A stretch of 64,000 nt of DNA from assembly GCA_035543515.1 (NCBI GenBank), contig DATKJS010000095.1, forward strand, positions 24,633-88,632, given 5' to 3'. The notes under the pieces were generated by a model. That model made no database searches. It saw only the letters and a program-made list of their open reading frames with translations, and was not told where the DNA came from. Made by a program: the position numbers and the translations under genes. Of the stretch, positions 33,775 through 42,678 are shown piece by piece. Position 1 is the stretch's first letter, and each line of letters begins with the position of its first letter. This DNA is from Terriglobales bacterium. GTDB lineage: Bacteria > Acidobacteriota > Aminicenantia > Aminicenantales > Saccharicenantaceae.

Positions 33775-34503
33775 CTATTTCATGTCGCGGATGCGGACAT
33801 CGATCCCTTTTTCCCTCTCAAGGAGCTTGACGAGGTTGGCGGTGTCCGTTTCCCCGAAATGGTAGGGGTAGAGGATCTTGGGCCTGAAGGCTCTGGCCGC
33901 GTCGGCCACCATCTCGGGTGTCATGGTGTAGGGCAGGTTCATGGGCAGGAAGGCCACGTCGACGTTCTTCAAGGCCTTCATCTCCGGAGTGTTCTCGGTG
34001 TCTCCGGCGATGTAGACCCGCTTGTCGCCGAAGGCGATGACGTAGCCGTTGCCGTCGCCCTTGGGATGGAACGGGCCGTCGCCCGGCCTCTTGTGGACGA
34101 TGTTGTAGGCGGGCACGGCCTCGATTCTGAGGCCCAGGGCCGTGGTCGCCTCGCCGTTGCCGAGGATGACGGCCCCCGCGACCTTGCCGGCGCAAGTCCT
34201 GGAGGCCACGGTCACGGTGGCGGGCTTATGGATGGCCGCGAGCGCCTTGGGGTCGAGGTGATCGTAATGGTCGTGAGTGATGAGGACGAGGTCGGCCTTG
34301 GGGAGCCGGCTGTAGTCGGCTTGCGCGCTGACCGGATCGACATGGATGATCTGGCCGGCCCAGGTCATCATCAGGCTCGCGTGGCCGAGGAAGGTGATCT
34401 TGAGGTCCCCTTGGGACGTGGGGATCAGATCGTCCGGCGATTTCGCGGCCAGGACCGCCGCGCCGAGCGCCGCAATCATCGCGAGGCAGAGCAGCCTTGT
34501 CAT
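33775..34503 (-). CDS. secreted MBL-fold metallo-hydrolase
   Basis: The signal peptide is MTRLLCLAMIAALGAAVLA. The motif is LVLITHDHYDHLD. AGGAGGG lies 5 nt upstream of the ATG at 34503. Confidence 0.8.
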   Translation of the reverse strand: MTRLLCLAMIAALGAAVLAAKSPDDLIPTSQGDLKITFLGHASLMMTWAGQIIHVDPVSAQADYSRLPKADLVLITHDHYDHLDPKALAAIHKPATVTVASRTCAGKVAGAVILGNGEATTALGLRIEAVPAYNIVHKRPGDGPFHPKGDGNGYVIAFGDKRVYIAGDTENTPEMKALKNVDVAFLPMNLPYTMTPEMVADAARAFRPKILYPYHFGETDTANLVKLLEREKGIDVRIRDMK

Positions 34504-34711
34504 GGGGTCCCTCCTGAACGATAACGCTATTATATTCCCGGTCCGGCTCCGCGGCAAGTCCGGGAAGCAGCCGTCAGCACGGGCCGGCGCCAGGCGGTCC
34601 CTTCTTCGGGGTCGTCTCGGCTTGGAATGGTTAAGGAAAGAACAGGATTCGGTTCATCTTGTGTTAAGAGCGACCCGGCCGGTCCCTCCCCCATGTCCGT
34701 TTCATCGAAAA

Positions 34712-34744
34712 CTTACACATCTTTAATCATCGCCTTACGCAAGG
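34712..34744 (+). promoter_or_regulatory. candidate Pho-box-like repeats upstream of the PHP/GT gene
   Basis: CTTACAcatc TTTAATCatcgc CTTACGcaagg, with TTA cores at 34713, 34723 and 34735. The repeats lie 76-108 nt upstream of the ATG at 34820. The last unit overlaps the imperfect palindrome CCTTACGC-aag-GCGTGTAAGG. Confidence 0.35.
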
Positions 34745-34819
34745 CGTGTAAGGTGGTTGACAAACTGAGAAATGGGATCGCCGCGAAGAGGGCCGGGGAC
34801 GATCTGATGAGGAGGCCTC

Positions 34820-36778
34820 ATGGCCAAAGCCGACCTGCATGTCCATTCGCGATACTCCGAACATCCGTCGGAGTGGTTCCTCCAGCGGCTGGGCGCGGCC
34901 GAGTCGTACACCGAGCCCGAGCTCATCTACCGCACGGCCAAGGCCAGGGGCATGACGTTCGTCACGATCACGGATCACAACCGGATCGAGGGCTCGGTGC
35001 TGCTCAAGGAACTCCATCCGGAGGAGGTCTTCACGGGCGTCGAGGCCACGGTTTATTTTCCCGAGGACGGCTGTAAGGTCCATCTCCTCCTCTACGGCCT
35101 CTCGGAGGCGGAATTCCAGGAGGTCCAGAGGCTCCGCAGGGACATTTACGAGCTCAGGGAGTTCATCGTCCAGAACGGGCTGGCCCATTCCGTCGCCCAT
35201 GCGACGTTCCATGTCAACATGAAGCTCCGGCTGGAGCATGTCGAGAAGATGATGCTCCTGTTCAACGTGTTCGAGGGCATCAACGGAGGCCGGAACCGGA
35301 TCAACAATGACATTTGGATGAAGGTCATCGAGAGCCTGACACCGGACACGATCGCCACCCTCTATGGACGTTACCGCATCGAGCCCGTCGGGCCCGACCC
35401 CTGGATCAAGGGCATGACCGGAGGCTCGGACGACCATGCCGGGATCTTCATCGGACAGACCCATACCGCGGCCCGGGCCCGGAGCGCAGCGGAGTTCCTG
35501 GAACGCCTGCGGGCCAAGAGGACCTACGCGGAAGGACGCCATAACGACTTCCAGTCGCTGGCACTAAGCTTCTACAAGGTCGGATACGAGTTCTCCAAGA
35601 CCAAGAGCTCCGCCTTCTCGCGGACCTTCTTTCACCTCCTTTCGGAGACGCTCTTCGAGAAGAAGCCGGCTTCCGTCAAGGGCTGGCTCCAGAACCGGAA
35701 GATCAGGGCGGTCCGGCGGAGGGCGGCCGGGACCCTCTCGGGGCAGCTCGCGGGGCTGCTCGAGAGCCTGAAGCGGGACGACGGGCGCCCCGTCGAAGAC
35801 GTGTTCCGCAGCGTCTACGAGAGATTGTCCGCCATCAGCGACGAGTTCTTCCGGGCCCTCTTCGTCTCGATGGAGAGGAACCTGAGGAGAGCCGACCTGG
35901 TCAGCCTCATCCGCGACGTCTCGTCCTCGCTGCCCGGGATCTTCCTGTCCGTCCCGTTCTATTCGACGCTCCAGCACATGTACCAGGGGCGGGACCTCCT
36001 GCAGTTGCTGAAGGCCCGATATCTCCCCTCGCCGGCCCCTCAAACCAAGACCGTCCTCTGGTTCACGGATACAATCGACGGTCCGGGAAGGCTGGGGGAG
36101 ATCCTGCTCGCGCTCGGCCGAGCCGCCGAGCGCCTGGGCCTCGACGTGAAGATGGTCACATGCTTCCCGCCGGATTCGGCCCCGGCCGACCTCCCGTTGT
36201 GGGTCATCAACCTGCCGTTCATCTTCGAATTCGCCGTGCCCGACGGCGACGGCGTCAAGCTCAGGATCCCGGCCATGCTCGAAGCCCTGAAGATCATCCA
36301 CCGCTACGAGCCGGACGAGTTCTGGCTCTCGACGCCGGGTCCGCTGGGGTTGCTCGGCCTGCTCCTGGCCAACGTCTTTCAGGCGAGGAAGGTCGGCCTC
36401 TGCCACGGCGACCCCGGGCGGGACGCCGCGGCCCTCATGGCGGACGGGGACATCGCGGGGCTCGTCGACGATTACACGCGCTGGTTCTACGGCCACCTGG
36501 ACGAGGTCGTCGCTCCGTCGGCCGAAGCCGCGAGAGGCCTGGAGGGCAAGGGACTTTCCCCGGCCCGGCTGAGGGTCGTCCGCATCGGCAACGCCGGCTG
36601 GTTGAATCCCGCCCAGGGGACGAGCCCGCCAGTCCCGGATGACGAGGGTTTTCCCGAAGGCGCGGCATGGGATCCCGTGATCCTGGAGTTGATTGGCGGG
36701 GAGGGGAGGAGCGGGACGGCTCCGGCGGCGGGGTGCGCCTGGACGGCGGAGGCCCAGGCGCCGGGGACATCCCGCTAG
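34820..36778 (+). CDS. PHP-domain phosphoesterase fused to the N-terminal half of a GT4-type glycosyltransferase; possibly truncated
   Basis: The PHP motif is ADLHVHSRYSEHPSEW...FVTITDHNRIEG. The GT4 N-domain-like part runs VLWFTDTIDGPGRLGEI...VVAPSAEAARGLEGKGLSPARLRVVRIGN. The sequence then ends in low-complexity residues, without the EX7E-containing C-terminal half. Confidence 0.6.
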   Translation: MAKADLHVHSRYSEHPSEWFLQRLGAAESYTEPELIYRTAKARGMTFVTITDHNRIEGSVLLKELHPEEVFTGVEATVYFPEDGCKVHLLLYGLSEAEFQEVQRLRRDIYELREFIVQNGLAHSVAHATFHVNMKLRLEHVEKMMLLFNVFEGINGGRNRINNDIWMKVIESLTPDTIATLYGRYRIEPVGPDPWIKGMTGGSDDHAGIFIGQTHTAARARSAAEFLERLRAKRTYAEGRHNDFQSLALSFYKVGYEFSKTKSSAFSRTFFHLLSETLFEKKPASVKGWLQNRKIRAVRRRAAGTLSGQLAGLLESLKRDDGRPVEDVFRSVYERLSAISDEFFRALFVSMERNLRRADLVSLIRDVSSSLPGIFLSVPFYSTLQHMYQGRDLLQLLKARYLPSPAPQTKTVLWFTDTIDGPGRLGEILLALGRAAERLGLDVKMVTCFPPDSAPADLPLWVINLPFIFEFAVPDGDGVKLRIPAMLEALKIIHRYEPDEFWLSTPGPLGLLGLLLANVFQARKVGLCHGDPGRDAAALMADGDIAGLVDDYTRWFYGHLDEVVAPSAEAARGLEGKGLSPARLRVVRIGNAGWLNPAQGTSPPVPDDEGFPEGAAWDPVILELIGGEGRSGTAPAAGCAWTAEAQAPGTSR

Positions 36779-36839
36779 CGAAAAAAAGCTCTGGAAATCC
36801 CCCTTCGTTCCCATATAAAATGCGACCAGAGGTGAGTCG

Positions 36840-37517
36840 ATGCCCGCATTGATCGCCGCCCTCGACGACGAAGCCGACATCCTCGAGCTCCTGCACGTCA
36901 ATCTCCAGAAGGCGGGGTTCCGGTTCGAGGGGTTCCAGGACGCGGAGGCTCTCTACCGGTTCCTGCAGAGGGACAAGCCCGACCTCATCCTCCTGGACCT
37001 CATGCTCCCCGACATCGACGGCCTGGACGTCTGCCGGTATCTCCGGAAGAACGAGGGCCTGAGCCGGATCCCGGTCATCATGCTGACGGCGAGGGGAGAG
37101 GAATCCGACAAGGTCCTGGGCCTGGGCCTGGGCGCCGACGACTACGTGACCAAGCCTTTTTCGGTGAAGGAGCTCATCGCCCGGATCCAGGCCGTCCTGA
37201 GGCGGCACGAGCAGCGGGACACGGTCCGGCAGATCGCCCTGGGACCGCTCGTCATCGACCTGGACAAGCACGACGTCACGCTCAGCGGCCAGAAGGTCGA
37301 CCTGACGGCCACAGAATTCAAGATCCTCCAGCTCCTGGCCTCCCGGCGCGGACGGGTTTTCACCAGGGACCAGATCCTGGACCATCTCTGGGGGCACGAG
37401 AAGGCCGTCGTGGACCGGACGGTCGACGTCCATATCCGCAACCTCAGGGAAAAGCTCGGGCCGGCGGCCGCGCTGATCAAGAACGTGCGCGGCGTCGGGT
37501 ACAAGGTTGAAGAATGA
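36840..37517 (+). CDS. phoB: OmpR-family response regulator (PhoB by context)
   Basis: The receiver carries PDLILLDLMLPDIDG and the winged-helix part carries LTATEFKILQLL...VDVHIRNLREKL. The stop overlaps the phoR start as ATGA. Confidence 0.85.
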   Translation: MPALIAALDDEADILELLHVNLQKAGFRFEGFQDAEALYRFLQRDKPDLILLDLMLPDIDGLDVCRYLRKNEGLSRIPVIMLTARGEESDKVLGLGLGADDYVTKPFSVKELIARIQAVLRRHEQRDTVRQIALGPLVIDLDKHDVTLSGQKVDLTATEFKILQLLASRRGRVFTRDQILDHLWGHEKAVVDRTVDVHIRNLREKLGPAAALIKNVRGVGYKVEE

Positions 37518-39241
37518 AGAACTCCATTTTCTTGCGGATCTTTCTGGGTTACGCCCTCATCATCCTGTTCCTGGCCGGGGTCGTGGCCGTGCTCGCGCCC
37601 GGACCGATGAAACGTCATTATATCGAAGAGCAGCAGGCCCGGCTCGAGGGGCTCGGCGCCGTTCTCCAGGCACCCGTGCTCTCCTCTATCGGCGGGCCGG
37701 GGTCCGAAGCCTTGGAGGCCTACGTCAAGGATACCAGCAAGAAGACCTCGACGCGGATCACGGTCATCCTGCCCGACGGGAAGGTCCTGGCGGATTCGGA
37801 AAAAGAACCCCGGGACATGGAGAACCATCTCTACCGGCCCGAGATCCAGGCCGCCCTCCAGGGCGAGCAAGGTGTCTCGATCCGGCGCAGCCCGACGCTC
37901 GGCCGGGACATGATATACATGAGCTTCCCCCTCCGGTCGGAAGGGCGGATCGTCGGCGTGCTCCGCCTGAGCCTGTTCATGACCGATCTCGACCTTCTCT
38001 TCGGCCGGCTCCGGGCCGACCTGCTCAGGATGATCGGGGTCGTGACGTTCCTCGCGCTCGTCATCGCGTTCCTGTTCGCCCGGTCGATCTCGAGGCCCCT
38101 CAGGGGCTTCATCGACGCCTCGGCCCGGGTCGCGGCCGGGGACTTCGACGCCAAGGTCTCCCTGCGGCAGCAGGGCGAGTTCAAGGCCTACGCCCTGGGC
38201 TTCAACGCCATGACCGAGAACCTCAAGGCGATGTTCCGGCAGGTCCGCCTCCAGACCGAGGAGCTCAACTCCATCCTGGCCTCCATCAACGACGGCCTGT
38301 GCGTCCTGGACAATGACGGCCGGATCGTGCTTTGCAACGAGGGCTTCCGCAAGATCGCCCAGGTCGGCCCCGCGGAGGGCAAGTATTACTGGGAGGTCAT
38401 CCGCAGCTCGAAGCTGGCCGAGGTCATCAACGGGTCCAAGGGATCCGGGCGAACGGTCGTGGAGGAGATCGCCCTGGGGGACCAGGTCTTCTCGTCCAGC
38501 ATCTCGCCCCTGACCTCCGACGACCGCTACGTCGTCACGCTCCGCGACATCAGCGAGTTCCGCCGGCTCGAGAAGATCAAGAAGGAGTTCGTCGTCAACG
38601 TCTCCCACGAGCTCAAGACGCCGCTCTCGGCCATCAAGGGCTTCGTCGAGACCATGGAGCCGTCCATCGGGGCCGAAAACCGCGGGTATCTCGAGATCGT
38701 CCGGAGGAACACGGAGAGGATGATCGCCATCGTCGACGACCTCCTGGTCCTGGCGAGGCTCGAGGACAAGGGAACGGCCATCGAAAAAGGACGCGTCGAC
38801 ATCGCCGCCTTGGCGACGACGATCCTCAAGATGTTCGAGAAGCCGGCCGGCGACAAGGGCCTGGTGCTGGCTCTCGAGGCCGACCCGGCCCTCCCCAAGA
38901 TCAGCGCCGACCCCTACGAGATCGAGCGTCTCCTGATCAACCTCGTGGACAACGCCGTCAAGTACACGGACAAGGGCCGCGTCCTCCTCCGGCTCGGGTC
39001 CGACGGGAAGAGCTTCACGATCGAGGTCGCCGACACCGGCCTCGGCATCGGGGCCGAGCACCTGCCGCACATCTTCGAGAGGTTCTACCTCGTCGACAAG
39101 TCGCGGTCGAAGAAGCTCGGCGGCACGGGCCTGGGCCTGTCCATCGTCAAGCACATCGTCCTTGCCCACCGGGGGACGATCTCTGTCAAGAGCCGGCCGG
39201 GGGAGGGGACGACGTTCACCGTGTCGCTGCCGCTGGCCTGA
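37514..39241 (+). CDS. phoR: sensor histidine kinase (PhoR by context) with TM, sensor, HAMP, PAS, HisKA and HATPase regions
   Basis: The H-box is VSHELKTPLSAIKG. N, G1 and G2 boxes are DNAVKYT, DTGLGI and GGTGLGLSIVK. A PAS-like segment (NDGLCVLDNDGRIVLCNEGF) is present. Confidence 0.85.
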   Translation: MKNSIFLRIFLGYALIILFLAGVVAVLAPGPMKRHYIEEQQARLEGLGAVLQAPVLSSIGGPGSEALEAYVKDTSKKTSTRITVILPDGKVLADSEKEPRDMENHLYRPEIQAALQGEQGVSIRRSPTLGRDMIYMSFPLRSEGRIVGVLRLSLFMTDLDLLFGRLRADLLRMIGVVTFLALVIAFLFARSISRPLRGFIDASARVAAGDFDAKVSLRQQGEFKAYALGFNAMTENLKAMFRQVRLQTEELNSILASINDGLCVLDNDGRIVLCNEGFRKIAQVGPAEGKYYWEVIRSSKLAEVINGSKGSGRTVVEEIALGDQVFSSSISPLTSDDRYVVTLRDISEFRRLEKIKKEFVVNVSHELKTPLSAIKGFVETMEPSIGAENRGYLEIVRRNTERMIAIVDDLLVLARLEDKGTAIEKGRVDIAALATTILKMFEKPAGDKGLVLALEADPALPKISADPYEIERLLINLVDNAVKYTDKGRVLLRLGSDGKSFTIEVADTGLGIGAEHLPHIFERFYLVDKSRSKKLGGTGLGLSIVKHIVLAHRGTISVKSRPGEGTTFTVSLPLA

Positions 39242-39253
39242 GCGCGCCCCGTC

Positions 39254-39940
39254 TCAGCGGATGACGGCCGAGGGGTCGGGGCTGAAGGGGTTGATGCGGG
39301 CCGCGAGCGAGAACAGGAACGGGTAGCTTCCCTGCGGGTGCTCGGCGTAGGCGACCCATTCGGCCGTGAGCTGGGAGCAGGCCCTCCTGGCGTCGCCCAT
39401 CAAGTGGCGATAGTCGGCCTCCGGGAGGGCGTCCAGGCTGCCCCGTCGGAACTCCAGCTCCTCGGCCAGATGGAAGACAGCCCAGAGGAGATCGGTGAAG
39501 CGGTCGTGCTCGAGGAGATTCGGATTCTCGAGGAGCATGACCAGGAAATCTCTCTTCTTCAAGAAGAACGCCCTGAGCTCGGCCAGCGACGACGGTTCGA
39601 TATTCAGGTCATAGGGGGCGCTCCGGGCCGCCGTCAGGGCGCGCCGGAAGTCCTGATGGGTCCAGGCCGGCTGGATCTGGAGCTCGTTCCTCAGGACCTC
39701 TCCGTTCTCGATATATCCCGCGAAGCAGCGGAGGAGCTCCAGTCCGACTTCGCTGTAGAACGTGCCGATGACCATGTTGAGCTTGCGGAGGATGACCCGC
39801 TTCTCCCGGCTGGCCGTGAGCCGCTCGATGAGGACGATGACGAGGAGGACGTTGACGAAGAGAAAGGCGAAGTCGTTCGCCATGAGGAAGAACATCTCCC
39901 GCGGATTGCGGAAGATGAAGTAGTTCGCCGTGCAGATCAT
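39254..39940 (-). CDS. hypothetical membrane-associated protein; the true 5' end is unclear
   Basis: 228-aa ORF. The same frame stays open 40 codons upstream through a TM-like segment (RWLVIISLVFIILSA) but has no ATG, GTG or TTG. A GGAAGGAGG lies at about 40007-40015 (minus strand) with no start codon after it. Confidence 0.45.
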   Translation of the reverse strand: MICTANYFIFRNPREMFFLMANDFAFLFVNVLLVIVLIERLTASREKRVILRKLNMVIGTFYSEVGLELLRCFAGYIENGEVLRNELQIQPAWTHQDFRRALTAARSAPYDLNIEPSSLAELRAFFLKKRDFLVMLLENPNLLEHDRFTDLLWAVFHLAEELEFRRGSLDALPEADYRHLMGDARRACSQLTAEWVAYAEHPQGSYPFLFSLAARINPFSPDPSAVIR

Positions 39941-40089
39941 CGCCGAGAGGATGATGAAGACCAGGGAGATGATGACCAGCCAGCGCGAATCCTCGTGCTT
40001 CGCCGGTGCCCTCCTTCCGCCCGATGGTCGGGCCGCCCGCCTCAGACCCTTGTGGGGGAAACCGCATGCATGTCAAAGCGGGCCGGTTT

Positions 40090-40117
40090 TTGACAGACCC
40101 TCCCCCTCTGGTATAAT
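40090..40117 (+). promoter_or_regulatory. consensus sigma70 promoter with an extended -10, driving the dsrM-like/dsrK-like/dsrC operon
   Basis: TTGACA (40090-40095), a 16-nt spacer, then TGG-TATAAT (TATAAT at 40112-40117). Confidence 0.7.
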
Positions 40118-40183
40118 GACCGTCTTCCCGGGCGGTCGCGTCGTCCGACCGACGGCCCCGATCCCCGGGACCAACGTCCACCG

Positions 40184-40900
40184 GTGAGGCTTCCCCTGAG
40201 CGGACACCTGAGGCTCCTCGAGAACGAGGTCCAGATCGCGGCCCTCCTGTTCATGGCCGTCGTCTATTCGTTCCGTCTGCTCTGGATCTTCAGGTTCCGC
40301 GCTCGAAGAGAGCGGACCTTCCCGGCGGGCAGCGAGGCCGCCGGGATCCGCTATTCGCTGCTCAATATTATGATGCCCTGGGCCATGGAGTCGACCCGGA
40401 AACGGCCATGGTTCTATGTCCAGTTCGCGATCTTCCATCTCGGGGTGGTCGCGGCCATCGCCGCCACATTCATCATCCCCTACGCGCCCCGGGTCTTCGA
40501 GATTGGGGCCGTCGTCCGGGCGTTCCAGATCGCCCTCGCCGCCGCCGTCCTGGTGGGCCTGCTCCGCCTGGCCCGGCGCCTGCGGGACCCGGCCGTCCGG
40601 CTGATCAGCACGGTCGACGATTTCCTGTCACTCCTGCTGATGATCGCTTTTTTCGCGGCCGGGGTCCTGGCCGTGCCCAACGATTACCGGCGGGCCGAAT
40701 GGCCCCTCCTCGTTTTCTTCGGCCTGACGGCCTTTTTCCTGGTCTACGTTCCGTTCTCCAAGATCTGCCATTATCTTTACTATCCGTTCACCCGATATTA
40801 TCTGGGGCGGAGCCAGGGGCACCGGGGGACCTTGCCCCCGAGACGGCCGGCGGCGTCCGGGCGAGCCGAGCCCGGCCACGGGAGGGGGAGCCGGGGATGA
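40184..40900 (+). CDS. dsrM: NarI/DsrM-like integral membrane b-type cytochrome subunit
   Basis: 238 aa with about 5 TM helices. His residues sit inside TM segments (FAIFHLGVVA; SKICHYLYYP). The start codon is GTG. The stop overlaps the next gene as ATGA. Confidence 0.6.
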   Translation: MRLPLSGHLRLLENEVQIAALLFMAVVYSFRLLWIFRFRARRERTFPAGSEAAGIRYSLLNIMMPWAMESTRKRPWFYVQFAIFHLGVVAAIAATFIIPYAPRVFEIGAVVRAFQIALAAAVLVGLLRLARRLRDPAVRLISTVDDFLSLLLMIAFFAAGVLAVPNDYRRAEWPLLVFFGLTAFFLVYVPFSKICHYLYYPFTRYYLGRSQGHRGTLPPRRPAASGRAEPGHGRGSRG

Positions 40901-42315
40901 AGCGCCGGGCCAAGCGGCCGTCCGGGATCGTGGACGCTCCCCTCGAAACGGCCTCCCAGCGCAGGGCCGAACAGGACCGGCTCCCGTCCGTCGCCGACGG
41001 CCGCCTCAGGACCTATGATCCAGCGGCGGACAACGTGCAGGCCTTCTTGCGCCTGCTCGGGGAGAGGATCACTCGGTCCCTGGCCGTGTCCATGACCGCC
41101 TGCGTTCACTGCGGGATGTGCGCCGAGTCCTGCCATTACTTCCTGGCCCGGCCCGGCGACCCGACGATGACGCCGGCCTACAAGGCCGACCAGATCCGTC
41201 GCATCTTCAAGCGGCACCTGGACTGGACGGGCCGGGTCGCGCCGTGGTGGGTCCATGCGTCGTCTCCCCGGAACGACGAGGACCTCAACCGGCTGAAGAA
41301 CATCGTCTTCGGGGCCTGCAGCGCCTGCCGCCGCTGCACGCTCAATTGCCCGATGGGTGTCGACACGGGGCTTCTCGTCCGCTTTACCCGGGGTCTCCTC
41401 ACGGAGCTCGGGATCGTCCCCGAAGGGGTTTTCAACGTCAGCCGCGATCAGTGGGAGACGGGCAACCAGATGGCGGTGACCGAGGACGAATACCTCGAAA
41501 CCCTGCAATGGATGAGGGATGAGCTCCGGAACGAGCCCGGGATGGCCGGGGCGGACATCCCGGTCGACCGCCCCGACTGCGACGTCCTCTATACGATCAA
41601 TCCGCGGGAGATCAAGTTCGATCCCCGGTCCATCGCCCATGCCGCCAAGGTGTTCCACGCCGCCGGAGAAAGATGGACCCTCCCGAAGTGGGGCTGGGAC
41701 CAGACCAACTTCGGGCTCTTTTCGGGGGACGACCGGCTCGGCGCCTTTGTCGCCAAGAACGTCTATGAGGCGGCGGACAGGCTGCGGGCAAAAAAGATCG
41801 TCATCTCCGAATGCGGCCATGGCTATCGTTCGACCCGCTGGGAGGGCTACGACTGGGCGGAGTTCGACCAGAAGGTCCCGACCGAGTCCGTGGTCGTCAC
41901 CCTTCAAAGGTATCTTCGACAAGGACGGATCGCCGTCGATTTATCCCGCAACCCCGAACCCGTGACCTTCCACGATTCCTGCAACATCGCCCGTTCCGGG
42001 GACCTCGTCGAGGAGCCGCGCTGGGTCCTGGGACGCGTCTGCGCGGATTTCCGGGAAATGCACCCGAACCGCCGGCAGAACTTCTGCTGCACGGGCGGCG
42101 GCGGGCTCCTGTCCATAGCCGAATACCGGCCCCTCCGGCTCGAGGTCGCCAAGATCAAGGCGGACCAGCTCAAGGGCACGGGGGCCAAGCTGGTGTGCAC
42201 GATGTGCCACAACTGCGTGGATGGGCTGAACGACGTCATCAAGCACTACAAGCTCGACATGAGGGTCGTCCAGGTCCTCGAGTTGGTCTCGAAGGCCATG
42301 GTCGTGCCCGGCTAG
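40897..42315 (+). CDS. dsrK: DsrK/HdrD-like iron-sulfur disulfide reductase subunit
   Basis: Two ferredoxin-type motifs are CVHCGMCAESCHY and CSACRRCTLNCPMG. The C-terminal CCG-type domain carries FHDSCN...NFCCTGGGG...CTMCHNC. The 163-aa Arg/Pro-rich extension in the ORF track is rejected. Confidence 0.75.
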   Translation: MKRRAKRPSGIVDAPLETASQRRAEQDRLPSVADGRLRTYDPAADNVQAFLRLLGERITRSLAVSMTACVHCGMCAESCHYFLARPGDPTMTPAYKADQIRRIFKRHLDWTGRVAPWWVHASSPRNDEDLNRLKNIVFGACSACRRCTLNCPMGVDTGLLVRFTRGLLTELGIVPEGVFNVSRDQWETGNQMAVTEDEYLETLQWMRDELRNEPGMAGADIPVDRPDCDVLYTINPREIKFDPRSIAHAAKVFHAAGERWTLPKWGWDQTNFGLFSGDDRLGAFVAKNVYEAADRLRAKKIVISECGHGYRSTRWEGYDWAEFDQKVPTESVVVTLQRYLRQGRIAVDLSRNPEPVTFHDSCNIARSGDLVEEPRWVLGRVCADFREMHPNRRQNFCCTGGGGLLSIAEYRPLRLEVAKIKADQLKGTGAKLVCTMCHNCVDGLNDVIKHYKLDMRVVQVLELVSKAMVVPG

Positions 42316-42330
42316 AACGGAGGACCTGAC

Positions 42331-42651
42331 ATGCCATTCATCGAGAAAGACGGACGGAAGATCGAGGTCAACGAGGAGGGCTTCCTGGCCCGGCCCGAGG
42401 AGTGGAACGAGGAGACCGCGCGCATCCTGGCCGAGGTCGAGGAAGGCCTGGACGAGCTGACGGCCGAGCATTGGGCCGTGGTGAATTACATCCGGGGCTA
42501 TTTCGTGGAGAAGGGCCTGGCGCCCATGGTCCGCAAGATCTGCCAGACGACGGGCCTGCCCCTCATGCACATTTATGAGCTCTTTCCCTCGGGGCCGGCC
42601 AAGGGGGCCTGCAAGGTGGCCGGCCTTCCCAAGCCCGACGGCTGCGTCTGA
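42331..42651 (+). CDS. dsrC: DsrC/TusE-family sulfur-relay protein, DsrC type with two C-terminal cysteines
   Basis: 106 aa. The C-terminus is GPAKGACKVAGLPKPDGCV. One Cys is penultimate and a second lies 11 residues upstream, with 10 residues between them. GGAGGA lies upstream of the ATG. Confidence 0.85.
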   Translation: MPFIEKDGRKIEVNEEGFLARPEEWNEETARILAEVEEGLDELTAEHWAVVNYIRGYFVEKGLAPMVRKICQTTGLPLMHIYELFPSGPAKGACKVAGLPKPDGCV

Positions 42652-42678
42652 CGAGCGACCCCGCCCGGCGGCGGGACA

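Noticed and set aside
42652-42678. Short GC hairpin (CCCGCC...GGCGGG) between dsrC and the cysteine desulfurase gene, as a possible bidirectional terminator
   Set aside because: The stem is only about 6 bp and no U-tract lies on either strand. That is not enough to call a terminator.
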